The position numbers and the translations under genes were made by a program. Below, in pieces: positions 52,878-62,669 of a DNA stretch of 64,000 bases (position 1 is the first letter of the stretch; each line of letters begins with the position of its first letter). The notes beneath the pieces were generated by a model, which worked only from the letters and a program-made list of their open reading frames with translations, did no database searches and was not told the origin of the DNA. This stretch comes from an uncultured Gemmatimonadales bacterium (lineage in GTDB: Bacteria > Gemmatimonadota > Gemmatimonadetes > Gemmatimonadales > GWC2-71-9). The DNA lies in assembly GCA_963842945.1 (NCBI GenBank), contig CAWJIM010000018.1:64001-128000 (forward strand), read 5' to 3'.

Positions 52878-53993
52878 TCAGAATGACCGACGGACTCGCC
52901 GGAACACCCGGCCCGGCCCCTGCTCTACCACACCAGCAATCTCCAGCCCACACAGAATCCCCAGCACATCGCCAATCGGCCGGCCGCATCGGGTTGCCAA
53001 CTCATCAGGGTGCAGCGGTTGACCGCCGATGAGCTCCGCCAATTCCCGTTCAGCGTGTGACAAGGTCTCCGGCAGGGGCGGCTGAGCTGGACGAGCCACG
53101 CTCCCTTCGGCAGATGGCGCTCCGAGCTCGGGGAAATGCTGCAAGAGGTCGCCCGGATCGAGGAGCGGCGTTGCCCCGTCGCGGATCAACCGGTTGGTAC
53201 CCTCCGAAACCGCGCTGGTGATGTTACCCGGTACGGCCATCACTTCCCTGCCCTGATCCAGCGCAGTTCCCGCGGTGATGAGCGCGCCCGAGCCGACTGC
53301 CGCCTCGACCACTACCGTAACCCGCGACAACCCGCTAATCAGCCGGTTCCTTCGGGGGAAGCTCCCGGCGTGGGGCCGCTCTCCCGGGGGAAACTCGCTG
53401 AGCAGTAGTCCTTCGGCTGCAACCCGCTGGTAGAGTTTGCTGTTGGCCGCGGGATAGACCACCCCGTGACCGTTGCCCAGGACTCCTATCGTGGTTCCCC
53501 CAGCATCGAGTGCCGCGGCATGCGCCACCGCGTCGAGCCCTCGGGCCATGCCGCTCACGATTACCGCGCCGGCCCGAGCGGCCTCTCCCGCAACCTCCCG
53601 GCACACCGAGGCTCCATAGCTCGAATGGTCGCGGCTCCCTACCACTGCGGCCGCTGGACGGGAGAGCAGAGCGCGATCTCCCAGCGCAAACAGGACCGGG
53701 GGCGGGTCGGGAATGTGACGGAGAAGGGTCGGATACTCCTGGTCGTCCGGCAGCAGGACGGTTACACCCAGCTTCTCAGCGGCCTCGAGCGTCTTTTGCC
53801 CGATGTCCAGAGGTGTCTCTTTGAGCGCAGTCGCCATGGCGCGAGAAAACCCGGACACGGTGCATAAAAGCTCGAACGGCGCCGAATGGGCGCCGAGTGG
53901 TGAGGGGTAGGCTGTGAGGAGCGCCGCAAGCCGGGCTGGTCCCATACCCGGCACTTGGGTGAGCGCCAGATACGCGACTCGCTCGTCGGGCAT
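52878..53993 (-). CDS. dprA: DNA processing protein DprA
   Basis: VVGSR, VSGMARGLD, FPRRNRLISG, SGALITA. Confidence 0.95.
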   Translation of the reverse strand: MPDERVAYLALTQVPGMGPARLAALLTAYPSPLGAHSAPFELLCTVSGFSRAMATALKETPLDIGQKTLEAAEKLGVTVLLPDDQEYPTLLRHIPDPPPVLFALGDRALLSRPAAAVVGSRDHSSYGASVCREVAGEAARAGAVIVSGMARGLDAVAHAAALDAGGTTIGVLGNGHGVVYPAANSKLYQRVAAEGLLLSEFPPGERPHAGSFPRRNRLISGLSRVTVVVEAAVGSGALITAGTALDQGREVMAVPGNITSAVSEGTNRLIRDGATPLLDPGDLLQHFPELGAPSAEGSVARPAQPPLPETLSHAERELAELIGGQPLHPDELATRCGRPIGDVLGILCGLEIAGVVEQGPGRVFRRVRRSF

Positions 53994-55030
53994 CACCCGT
54001 CTTCCTCCGACCAGGAGATCTCCGTCTCCGCGGTGTCCGCTTCGCTGCTTTTTGCCTGCTCCACCCATCTCCAGAGAAACTCCTTCAGGTCCTCGATGCC
54101 CTGCCCACTGGCGCTCGAGACGGGAATGATGCCGGCCGCCTCAGGAGCGCTCACAACCGGCAAGGCATCGTCGGGATGAAGGAGATCCGCCTTGGTGAGC
54201 AGAACGACATGGTTCTTCTGGGTGAGCTCCGGGCTGTACGCTTCGATTTCCTGGCGGAGCCGCTGATAGGTTGCCTGGGGATCTTCGCTCTCGAGCGGAA
54301 CCAGGAAGGCAAGCACCCGGGTTCGCTCCACGTGCTGCAGGAAGCGGAAGCCGAGTCCCTTGCCCTGGTGGGCTCCTTCGATGATGCCGGGGATATCGGC
54401 CATGACAAACGTGCGATGGCCCGAGAGTGCGACCACGCCGAGGTTAGGCTCGAGCGTGGTGAACGGATAGTCTGCGATCTTGGGCCGGGCCGCCGATACT
54501 ACCGACAGTAGCGTGCTCTTGCCGGCATTGGGCTCGCCCACCAGTCCCACGTCGGCAATGAGCTTCAGCACCAGCTCGATTTGCCGGTCTTCACCCTCTT
54601 CTCCGGGCTCCCACTCGCGCGGAGCCTGATGAGTGGAGGTGGCGAATCGGGCATTGCCGCGCCCACCACGTCCGCCTCGCGCCACCCTCAGCGTGTCTCC
54701 GGCCTGGAGCACTTCCCCCAGGAGTTGTCCGGTGTCCGCATCGCGAACGACCGTGCCGGGCGGGACCGGGAGATAAATGTCTGCCGATGAAGCGCCGGTC
54801 TGGGTTTTTCCTTTCCCGTGTTCTCCCCGGTCTGCCTTCCAGGTGGTCCGGTACCGGTAATCAAGCAGAGTGGCGAGGTTGGGATCGCCCTTGACGTAGA
54901 CACTGCCGCCGTGGCCACCGTCGCCGCCATCAGGGCCGCCCTTCGGCTTGTACTTGAACCGGGCGAAGGAGCTGGCCCCCGATCCTCCGGTGCCACCCAC
55001 CACTTTCACCACCGCGCGATCGATCAGCAT
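53993..55030 (-). CDS. obgE: GTPase ObgE
   Basis: GGPDGGDGG, GEPNAGKS, YPFTT, DIPG. Confidence 0.97.
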   Translation of the reverse strand: MLIDRAVVKVVGGTGGSGASSFARFKYKPKGGPDGGDGGHGGSVYVKGDPNLATLLDYRYRTTWKADRGEHGKGKTQTGASSADIYLPVPPGTVVRDADTGQLLGEVLQAGDTLRVARGGRGGRGNARFATSTHQAPREWEPGEEGEDRQIELVLKLIADVGLVGEPNAGKSTLLSVVSAARPKIADYPFTTLEPNLGVVALSGHRTFVMADIPGIIEGAHQGKGLGFRFLQHVERTRVLAFLVPLESEDPQATYQRLRQEIEAYSPELTQKNHVVLLTKADLLHPDDALPVVSAPEAAGIIPVSSASGQGIEDLKEFLWRWVEQAKSSEADTAETEISWSEEDG

Positions 55031-55677
55031 CAGTCGGCGGGCGCCCAGCCGTTGCGCACCGTTTTCCAGAGCTCCTTGACCTTTTTCCACTGATCGAACG
55101 AGAGCAGCGGGTTCACGATAGAAAGCGCTCCCTCGATCTGACCGAAGGTGGCGCCGGCGTTCAGCGCCCCGCGAAGATGTGAGTGAAGCTGGCGAGGAGC
55201 CTCCAGCACCGCTGTCTGGGCCACGGTGCAGAGCTCACGCCGCCGGAGGTCGAGGCCGGGACGCGCCAGCGTGCGACCGTAACCCTCGGTGACCATCCAG
55301 CTGTCCACCGCCGGATGCAGCGCGTGGACGCTGTCCCGGAGCTTGCGGTAATTCTCTCCGTAAACCACAGCACACAGCTCCTCGCCTCGCCGAGCCCACT
55401 CGGGCGCGCGCGAGTAGTCCTGATCTGGATCCGAATCTGGCGCCTCGAGGCCGCTCGACTTCCGCCAGACCGTGAAGGCGATGAGCGCGCGCGGGTACCC
55501 CACCATGAGCGCGCTCTGCAGCAGCAGCTCCTCGACCCACATCGCCGGTACCTGCGATGACCGGAGCTGGGTGACCCGCTCCCGGAGCTCCGGTTCGTAG
55601 CCCTGGGCTACGGCGGCAGCGAACCGCACCAGGTCTCGCGTTTGGAGATCGAGGTTGTCCTGTTTCGCCATCATCAT
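55030..55677 (-). CDS. carboxymuconolactone decarboxylase (AhpD-like) family protein
   Basis: GYPRA, GYG..LARPGLD..REL, QL.SH..GALNAGA. Confidence 0.85.
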   Translation of the reverse strand: MMMAKQDNLDLQTRDLVRFAAAVAQGYEPELRERVTQLRSSQVPAMWVEELLLQSALMVGYPRALIAFTVWRKSSGLEAPDSDPDQDYSRAPEWARRGEELCAVVYGENYRKLRDSVHALHPAVDSWMVTEGYGRTLARPGLDLRRRELCTVAQTAVLEAPRQLHSHLRGALNAGATFGQIEGALSIVNPLLSFDQWKKVKELWKTVRNGWAPAD

Positions 55678-55795
55678 AATCCCGTGGAAGACGAACAGCG
55701 GATCGAATCGCCGCGGAGCCTACCATTTCCACTGCCATCGGCTTCAGTGCCAAGAAGATAGCAGAATTGCCCGCCCCGCCTTAGGTTTCGCCGCG

Positions 55796-57304
55796 ATGCC
55801 GTCACCAATCCGCGTTGTCCTCCTGGCGACGGCTTTGGCCGGCGTCGCCCTCCCCGCGCGACTCACCGCACAGGCATCTCCCTACATCCGGTTGGACGAT
55901 CCCCGGCTGCCGCTGCTGGAACACCTGATCTCGCGGGGTGAGATAGAAGATCCCTCGCCCATGCTGCGACCGTTCCGTCGGCGCGATGCCGTGCGGGTTC
56001 TCGCCGCGGCCGACACCGCCGGCGCCTCGAGTCTGTCCCTGATTCAGCGGCTCCGCCGCGAGTTCGGCGACTCGGCCGGCAATGTGTGGACCCTGGGCGG
56101 GCGAGGCGGGCTCCAGGGCTACACCCACGCTCGCCGCGAGCTGCTGCACCCGAGCGGGGCCAGCGGGATCAGTCCCTACGCCGAGGTCCTGGGCGAGCTC
56201 ACCCTGGGAAATCTGGTTCTGGTGACCCGTCCCACCGTCGAGCCCAGATTGACGCACGACCAGGACTGGATCGGCCGGCGGGAGCTCAAGGTGTCCGGCC
56301 GCATGGCCGATGCGTACATCGGTGTGCAGTTCAAGTACGCCGATCTGTCCTACGGCCAGCTGGACCGGAACTGGGGCCCGGTGGGACTGCCGGGTATTCC
56401 GCTCAGCAACTACGGCTACGAGCGGCAGGGACTCACCATCGACATCGGTACCCCCACCATTCGACTCTCTTCCCTGGCCACCGATCTGCAGGATCAGACC
56501 GACAGCCTGGGTCAGACGGTGCATCGATACTACTTCGTGCACCGGCTCCACCTCCGCCCGTCGCGCCGGTTGATCCTCGCGCCCTGGGAAGGAATCATCG
56601 TGTCGGGCGTGGATCGGAACTTCGAAACCCGCTACCGCAATCCGCTTTCCATCGGTTATCTGGCAAACACCATTGGCTTCGGCGACCGGAGTAACGTGAT
56701 GCTGGGGCTGGACGTGCAGTGGCGCCCGTTCCGGCACACCACCCTCCTTGCTCAGTTGGCGCTGGATGACTTCTGGTACGACGACCGGGAGCAAAACCGC
56801 GACCGCTGGGCGCTCACACTGGGGGCTCAGGGCCCACTGGGCAGGAACCTGGGCTGGCAGGCCCTGTACACCCAGGTTTCCAGCCTGGCGCTCCGGGCAT
56901 TCAATCCCGGGGATAATTTCACCGACGCCGGTATAGGCATCGGGCGAAATTTCAGCGACCAGGACCAGCTCACGCTGCGGGTCACCCTCCCGGTGAGAGG
57001 GAGATGGCTGTTGACGCCCGAGCTCACCGTGCTCCGGCAGGGAGAGGGACAGATCAACGATCCCTATCCGGTCCCCGATGCCAACGGCGTGCGGTCGACT
57101 CCAGCACTATTCATCGGCGTGGTGGAGCGAACCTATCGCGGGGCGCTGGGACTGGCTGGGCGCACCGGTCCGCTCGATGTTTCGGCCACTGCCGGCTTTC
57201 ATCACGTAGTGAACAGCGAGCACGAGGAGGGACACAGCGTGGATCGCTTCGAGGGTCGGATTCAGGCCACGCTGGGAATCAGCCGAACGGGAATACTCCG
57301 GTGA
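55796..57304 (+). CDS. capsule assembly Wzi-like outer membrane protein
   Basis: Signal peptide, RNWGP, HRL..P, NP motifs, LDD; upstream of heptose kinase. Confidence 0.7.
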   Translation: MPSPIRVVLLATALAGVALPARLTAQASPYIRLDDPRLPLLEHLISRGEIEDPSPMLRPFRRRDAVRVLAAADTAGASSLSLIQRLRREFGDSAGNVWTLGGRGGLQGYTHARRELLHPSGASGISPYAEVLGELTLGNLVLVTRPTVEPRLTHDQDWIGRRELKVSGRMADAYIGVQFKYADLSYGQLDRNWGPVGLPGIPLSNYGYERQGLTIDIGTPTIRLSSLATDLQDQTDSLGQTVHRYYFVHRLHLRPSRRLILAPWEGIIVSGVDRNFETRYRNPLSIGYLANTIGFGDRSNVMLGLDVQWRPFRHTTLLAQLALDDFWYDDREQNRDRWALTLGAQGPLGRNLGWQALYTQVSSLALRAFNPGDNFTDAGIGIGRNFSDQDQLTLRVTLPVRGRWLLTPELTVLRQGEGQINDPYPVPDANGVRSTPALFIGVVERTYRGALGLAGRTGPLDVSATAGFHHVVNSEHEEGHSVDRFEGRIQATLGISRTGILR

Positions 57305-58332
57305 AGCCACCTCAGCCACTCGCGCGGGAGCGGGTGCTCCAGCTGATCCAGCGGATGCGGAGCAGCCGGGTGGTTGTCGTGGGCGACATCATGCTCGACC
57401 GCTACCTCATTGGCGACACCGAGCGGCTCTCCCCGGAGGCGCCCGTCCCGGTAGTTACCGTGGCCGAGCGGCATGCTGCGCTCGGCGGCGCGGCCAACGT
57501 CGCAGCCAACGTGGCTGCCGTGGGCGCTCGCTGTTTTCTGGTCGGCGCCGTCGGCGACGACGGTGACGGCGCCACAATCCGGCAGGAGCTGGCTGTGGCC
57601 CGGCTGGAGGATCGCTTCGTGCTGACCATTGCCGGGCGGCCCACCACTTCCAAGACCCGGATCATCGCCCGCGGCCAGCAGATCGTCCGCATCGACGACG
57701 AGGTTGACTCTCTGCTCGATGGACAGGACCTGGCCCGGCTGACTGCCGCCGCGCGCGAGGCTTTGGCCGACGCGGACGCGCTGCTCCTGGAGGACTACAA
57801 CAAGGGCGCGCTGTCGCCGACGCTGATTCTGGCGGTCATGGAGGTTGCCCGGCGGCGCGGCATCCCCGTTGTGGTGGACCCGAAGTATCGCCAGTTCTTC
57901 GAGTACGCCGGGGCGACCGTATTCAAGCCTAACCGCCGGGAACTGGAATCCGCTCTGGGCGCGGCAGCGGACCTCGAGAATGGCAACGTACTTCCGGACG
58001 TCCTCACCCGGCTCAAGGTGGACAACCTGCTGGTCACGCTGGGAGCTGAGGGGATGCTGCTGGTCACCAAGGACGGAAGTCTGACGCAGATCCCGAGCAT
58101 AGCCCGGCAGATCTTCGATGTGTCAGGCGCCGGTGACACGGTCACCGCATGGCTTGGAACTGCCCTGGCCGCAGGAGCTACGGTGCGGGAGGCGGCTCAG
58201 CTGGCTAACTACGCCGCCGGGGTGGAGGTCGGGAAACGGGGTGTGGCTACGGTGTCGTCGGAGGAGGTGCTGGCAGTGTACGAGGAGCGGTTCGACCAGA
58301 TCGGCAAGCTTCGCCGGGGAGGTGTGATCTAG
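57301..58332 (+). CDS. rfaE1: D-glycero-beta-D-manno-heptose-7-phosphate kinase
   Basis: GDIMLDRY, RLSPEAPVPV, DYNKG, DVSGAGDT. Confidence 0.93.
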   Translation: MKPPQPLARERVLQLIQRMRSSRVVVVGDIMLDRYLIGDTERLSPEAPVPVVTVAERHAALGGAANVAANVAAVGARCFLVGAVGDDGDGATIRQELAVARLEDRFVLTIAGRPTTSKTRIIARGQQIVRIDDEVDSLLDGQDLARLTAAAREALADADALLLEDYNKGALSPTLILAVMEVARRRGIPVVVDPKYRQFFEYAGATVFKPNRRELESALGAAADLENGNVLPDVLTRLKVDNLLVTLGAEGMLLVTKDGSLTQIPSIARQIFDVSGAGDTVTAWLGTALAAGATVREAAQLANYAAGVEVGKRGVATVSSEEVLAVYEERFDQIGKLRRGGVI

Positions 58333-59459
58333 GATTCGGCCTGGGGCTCAGCGTCTGCCTGCCGCATGCTCCGGCGGACGCCGGTGCCGAAGCCAAGCCA
58401 GACCCGCCAGGTTTCCTTCACGTCTGCGATGTAGGTGCCCAGCCTGGCTGCCGCCTCGGCATACTCGGGCGCCAGCTCCACTGCCCCCGACTCCTCCATT
58501 CGCGTGCGTACCGCTCCTTCACAGTCGGCCAGGGCCACCTCGGCCAGCCGATCCTTGCTCCAGGACTTGGGGGCTCGAATACCGCACTTGGTCAGGAAGT
58601 TGAGCAGATGCCGACGGGTCCACCCCTTGATCCAGGTCTCCATGTCCCGGGCCGGAATCACCAGGCCGCTATCCAGCACTAGGCGAGATGAATCGGGAAC
58701 GTCGAGGCCCCACCGCTGGGTCTCGTAGCGGCAGACGCTGGCCAGGGACCGGGGGGTGGCTGGCTCCGCCACGATGTGCCGGAGGGCGTCCACGGCGTGG
58801 GCCCGGGAACCGAGGGGAAGCCGCGCCAGGATGGCGAGCAGTACCTGAAAGCTGCTGTCGTGCGGCGGGATCGGGGATCGCAGCGCATCGGGAGGAAGGG
58901 GGGCCCAGCAGGCCCAGTATTCCATTTCCTGCGCCATTTCCGATACGAAAGAATTCCGCCGCTCGAGCAGCTCGTTGATGCCCACCAGCGAAAAGCTGTG
59001 CGGGGCCATAACCGCGGCCAGGTAGTCCGAGGCCTCGCTAGCCATGATGAAGCCGGAAAAGAACTCGTGGGCAGCGAGCATGATGAGCGCGACCCGAAGG
59101 TCCAGGTACCCCACTTCGGTGCCCCGCTCGAGATGGCGGTCGAGCGGGGTTGCCATGACAGCCCGGGCCAAGTCGTGATACTTCCGGAGAACCTGCTCGC
59201 TGGTTCCGCGGACATCCGGATCGGCCCGCCGGACCCGCCAGAGATATTCGGCCAGTGCGTCCACATCCCCTCGGCGGACTCGCTCCCGGATCCAGGGAGA
59301 GAAGTCCTGACAGGGGATGCAGCTCGAGGGCTTGTGGGTCCGCGAGAGGCAGGGAAACTCGCGGTGCCCCCGCCCGGCGGCGTAACCCAGCAGATCGCTG
59401 GAAATGGGATCTTCCAGAGCGAGAACACCGCCCGATATCCGAAACTCTTCGTACCTCAA
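58329..59459 (-). CDS. hypothetical protein
   Basis: 376-aa uninterrupted ORF, helical, convergent with rfaE1. Confidence 0.7.
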   Translation of the reverse strand: MRYEEFRISGGVLALEDPISSDLLGYAAGRGHREFPCLSRTHKPSSCIPCQDFSPWIRERVRRGDVDALAEYLWRVRRADPDVRGTSEQVLRKYHDLARAVMATPLDRHLERGTEVGYLDLRVALIMLAAHEFFSGFIMASEASDYLAAVMAPHSFSLVGINELLERRNSFVSEMAQEMEYWACWAPLPPDALRSPIPPHDSSFQVLLAILARLPLGSRAHAVDALRHIVAEPATPRSLASVCRYETQRWGLDVPDSSRLVLDSGLVIPARDMETWIKGWTRRHLLNFLTKCGIRAPKSWSKDRLAEVALADCEGAVRTRMEESGAVELAPEYAEAAARLGTYIADVKETWRVWLGFGTGVRRSMRQADAEPQAES

Positions 59460-59617
59460 AAGTTACCCCTAAGCAAATAGCGACTTGGAATGTTTCGCCG
59501 GACCGGAAAGACGGCAAGGGCCGGGGACACCGTTCAAGGGGCCAAATCCCGCGTCTGGAAGGTAAACCGGGCCAGATGGGCGCGGCACAGGGGAGTTCTT
59601 GCTGATGGCAATGAGAA

Positions 59618-59691
59618 TGGGCGATGAGGGGCTCGAACCCCCGACCTCGCGCATGTGAGGCGCGCGCTCTAACCAGCTGAGCTAATCGCCC
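59618..59691 (-). tRNA. tRNA-Val(CAC), CCA not encoded
   Basis: GGGCGATTAGCTCAGCTGGTTAGAGCGCGCGC-CTCACAT-GCGCGAGGTCGGGGGTTCGAGCCCCTCATCGCCCA. Confidence 0.96.
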
Positions 59692-59703
59692 GAACCCGGG
59701 CGG

Positions 59704-59732
59704 AGTCTACACCCGGCTCTGCCGAGTGGCAA
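59704..59732 (-). promoter_or_regulatory. sigma70 promoter of tRNA-Val
   Basis: TTGCCA-17 bp-TAGACT. Confidence 0.7.
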
Positions 59733-59736
59733 GCAG

Positions 59737-59767
59737 AAAAAAGCCCCGCGATCTCGCAGGGCTTTTT
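59737..59767. terminator. intrinsic terminator (bidirectional shape)
   Basis: AAAAAAGCCC..GGGCTTTTT hairpin. Confidence 0.8.
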
Positions 59768-59798
59768 CGATCAGATCTGAACTGACTGAGAACCCGAG

Positions 59799-60926
59799 CT
59801 ACCTGCAGCTCTTGAACGGCTTGCTGCGGGCCTTGGTCCCCAGAGCGCTCAGGGCCGCCTTGATGTCCGAGCGAGCCATGTACTGGGCGTTGTACTTCCA
59901 GTTGAGGAAGGCACAGGGATAGGAGTTGCTGAGCAAGGCAGATCCCAAGGTCTTGAGCTGAGTGGCGGTCATGGATCCCCACCCACTGTAATAGCCCCGC
60001 AGGCCACCGTTCTTGGTTGCGGCGAGCTGATTCATCCCAACCACCAAGGAAAGTCCCGCCGCCTTGGCGTAATTCACGTTCGAGTTCAGGTAGTTGGTGA
60101 CCGAGCCGAACCGCAGGGTGTACTGAGCCCAGGCACCGTCCAGATAGCTGTAGCGGTAGCCCTTGAGATAGGTGGGCGGGGAGCGAACGAGGGTGGCCAT
60201 CCCGGGCCAGATCGACTTGCTGAACTTGGCCATGGCATCGAGGGTCTGGCGAGAGACCGTGGTGCCATTCCAGTTGCTGGGATCGTGCGGCTCATCGATC
60301 AGCCGGTGGCCAATGATGGTGCCGTCGGTGATGTACGGGTTCAGGTTGAGACCCTTGTACCGCGACACCAGGGACCTCCACTTGTCGAAGCTGAAGTGGC
60401 CGGCGCCGTCCTTGAAGTAGCGTTCGTTACCGACCATCACCACCATAACGCGGGTGCCGCTGCGGCGCGCCGCCTCGAGATAGCTGAGGAGGGCGGACGG
60501 GCCGGGGTTGCTGAGCGCGCCGCTGTAGCGGCCGTAGAGCTCCTTCGGCAGCTGGGTGACGCCGAGGGGGATGCCGCCCCGGTACAGCAGGTTCGACATT
60601 CCAGGCGCGGCCGCGATGGCGCTGGGCGCGGAGAAGTTAAAGGGCCCATTGTCCTCTTCGACCGGATCGTCGTCGGTGTTGTAGATCGGCCTACCGCCGG
60701 TGGGATCGTTCGGATCGGTGGCGCCGAGGGTGTCCTCCAGCGTCAGGGCAGTGGGATCGGCCGCACTGGGCTCGACCGCTGCGGGGACTACAGGCTGCTC
60801 TTCGGCTGGGGTGCTGCTGGTGATCTGATCGGCTGAGTCGCAGGCGGCAAAGCTCAGGGCAGCAAGGGCAATCAGGGACGCTCGAAATCGTGCCGGACGC
60901 CGATTCAGATGCAGGGTGTAGGTCAT
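59799..60926 (-). CDS. lipoprotein with glycoside-hydrolase-like domain (paralog 1)
   Basis: SFAAC lipobox; DGTIIGHRLIDEPHDPSNW, YLDGAWAQY, YPCAFLNW. Confidence 0.8.
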   Translation of the reverse strand: MTYTLHLNRRPARFRASLIALAALSFAACDSADQITSSTPAEEQPVVPAAVEPSAADPTALTLEDTLGATDPNDPTGGRPIYNTDDDPVEEDNGPFNFSAPSAIAAAPGMSNLLYRGGIPLGVTQLPKELYGRYSGALSNPGPSALLSYLEAARRSGTRVMVVMVGNERYFKDGAGHFSFDKWRSLVSRYKGLNLNPYITDGTIIGHRLIDEPHDPSNWNGTTVSRQTLDAMAKFSKSIWPGMATLVRSPPTYLKGYRYSYLDGAWAQYTLRFGSVTNYLNSNVNYAKAAGLSLVVGMNQLAATKNGGLRGYYSGWGSMTATQLKTLGSALLSNSYPCAFLNWKYNAQYMARSDIKAALSALGTKARSKPFKSCR

Positions 60927-60969
60927 ACGTAACGTTCCTCTCTCCGTCGAAAGAATGAAGGAGACTCCA

Positions 60970-61049
60970 CGGTTTGGTCGCGGCAGGCGAGGGGCCGACG
61001 CCGGCAGGGCCGGGTACGGCGGCTCATCGCGCGAGTTCTGACGCGAGGG
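60970..61049 (-). promoter_or_regulatory. conserved leader motif, copy 1
   Basis: Collinear similarity to 62670-62748. Confidence 0.6.
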
Positions 61050-61324
61050 GAAAGGCTACAATTAGCCTTTGGCCCGACTGTGTTGTGTTACGGGGTGTTG
61101 CTGAGACTACGGGGAAATAGTCGTACAGGGCGCGATGGAATGACCACCGGGTAGCGATCATCTCGTTGTCATGAGTGCCCGCGCCGGATACAGAATCGTG
61201 ACGTCAGTCACTTTTGTCAAGGGCCAAATTCCTAAGTCGTGCCTGAGTCACGATCTACAAAGAAGTTGCGGATGGGAGGACTCCATCCCGTGGGCCGGAG
61301 CGGAAGACTCTGGCTGTTGGTCCC

Positions 61325-61360
61325 AATAACACAGAACCCCCGGCGAAACCGGGGGCTCTG
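61325..61360 (-). terminator. probable intrinsic terminator
   Basis: CAGAGCCCCCGG..CCGGGGGTTCTG followed by TGTTATT. Confidence 0.65.
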
Positions 61361-61381
61361 GTCAAGTGCGGTGGGGAAATA

Positions 61382-62641
61382 TCAAGGGAAGCTGATCGTA
61401 ACCTTGTTGGAACAGCGCGATGTTCCGGTCTCGCAGATCCAATAGGTATACTGGCCGGAGCTCTTGGGATGGTTTCTCCAGCGGCCGTCGTTCTCGATCG
61501 TCCTGCTGAGCGTTGCGTTGCGGTGCACTTTCACCGATGCGCCTGAGGCGCCCAACCAGGTGAGCACGTTGTAGCGAATCCGGTTCTGTACCATCGAGGT
61601 CACCTTGAGTGCAATGCCGCTGACTCCAGGCAGCGAAGGCGGTGGCGGCTCGTCCGGCGGAGGAGGAGGAGCAGATGCACCGTTTCCGCAGGAGCGGGAC
61701 GCATGCGCCCGGGCCTTCTGCGCCAGGGAGGACATCGCCGTTCTGATTTCGGGCCGTGACATATACGAATCACGATACTGCCAGCTGATGAAGGCGCAGG
61801 GATAGCTGTCGGACAGGAGCGCCGAGCCCCAGGTCTCGAGCTGCTGCGGGCTGAGCTCGGTACCCTTTAGGGTTCCCAGGCTGATGTTCAGTCCCACCAC
61901 CAGAGCCAGACCCTTGCTCTTGGCCGAGGCGACGTTGGCCGCGAGGAACGCCCTGGGGTCGCCGAAACGCTCGGTGTACTGGGCCCAGGCCGCATCCAGG
62001 TACTTGTAGGTGGTAGTGAAATTGTCCATGTACGTCGGAGAGGCCCGTACGATGGTGTTCATGCCAGGCCAGAGTGACTTGCTGTATTTGGCCATTTCGT
62101 CGACCATAGAGCCCGGAATCGGTTCGCCGTTCCAGTTTGCCGGATCATTGGGCTCATCGATCAGGTAGTGCCCGATGACAGTCCCATCGGCTACGTAGGA
62201 GCTGAGGTTCAGCCCTTTGTACCGATTGATCCGCTCCTTCCACAGGCTCAAGCTGAAGTGTCCCTGCCCGTCCCGGAAGTACTTTTGATCGCCCCCCATC
62301 GCGAGGATCACCCGGCCGCCCCGGGCCTTGATCTCGGCCAGAGTCCTCAGCATGAGGTCGGGAGAAATGTTCATCTTGGCGCCGTTGAGGACGTTGCCGA
62401 ACGCCTCAGTGGGCTGAGCGAAAGTGCCGAAGGGAATCCCGCCGGCGAAGGTGGCGGAGAGCGAAGGCGCCACGGTGCTGGTGGCGACGGGGGCCGGCTC
62501 ACTGAGGCTGATGACTTCTGGTTCGTCGGAGTTGGGTGCGACTTGGTCGGTGTTGCAGGCGGCGATGGCGGCGGTGAGCGCGATCAACGGCAATGCTCGG
62601 TGACCGGCGGTCCGTCGGGCCAACTTGAACAGGTAGGTCAT
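61382..62641 (-). CDS. lipoprotein with glycoside-hydrolase-like domain plus C-terminal beta domain (paralog 2)
   Basis: AIAAC lipobox; DGTVIGHYLIDEPNDPANW, YLDAAWAQY; Pro linker; ENDG..YTYWICE..CSN. Confidence 0.8.
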   Translation of the reverse strand: MTYLFKLARRTAGHRALPLIALTAAIAACNTDQVAPNSDEPEVISLSEPAPVATSTVAPSLSATFAGGIPFGTFAQPTEAFGNVLNGAKMNISPDLMLRTLAEIKARGGRVILAMGGDQKYFRDGQGHFSLSLWKERINRYKGLNLSSYVADGTVIGHYLIDEPNDPANWNGEPIPGSMVDEMAKYSKSLWPGMNTIVRASPTYMDNFTTTYKYLDAAWAQYTERFGDPRAFLAANVASAKSKGLALVVGLNISLGTLKGTELSPQQLETWGSALLSDSYPCAFISWQYRDSYMSRPEIRTAMSSLAQKARAHASRSCGNGASAPPPPPDEPPPPSLPGVSGIALKVTSMVQNRIRYNVLTWLGASGASVKVHRNATLSRTIENDGRWRNHPKSSGQYTYWICETGTSRCSNKVTISFP

Positions 62642-62669
62642 GCTGTCGCCTTCCGATAGCTGAGGGTGG

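Noticed and set aside
59460..59617. Second island at tRNA-Val
   Set aside because: No tRNA 3' duplication or integrase in the window
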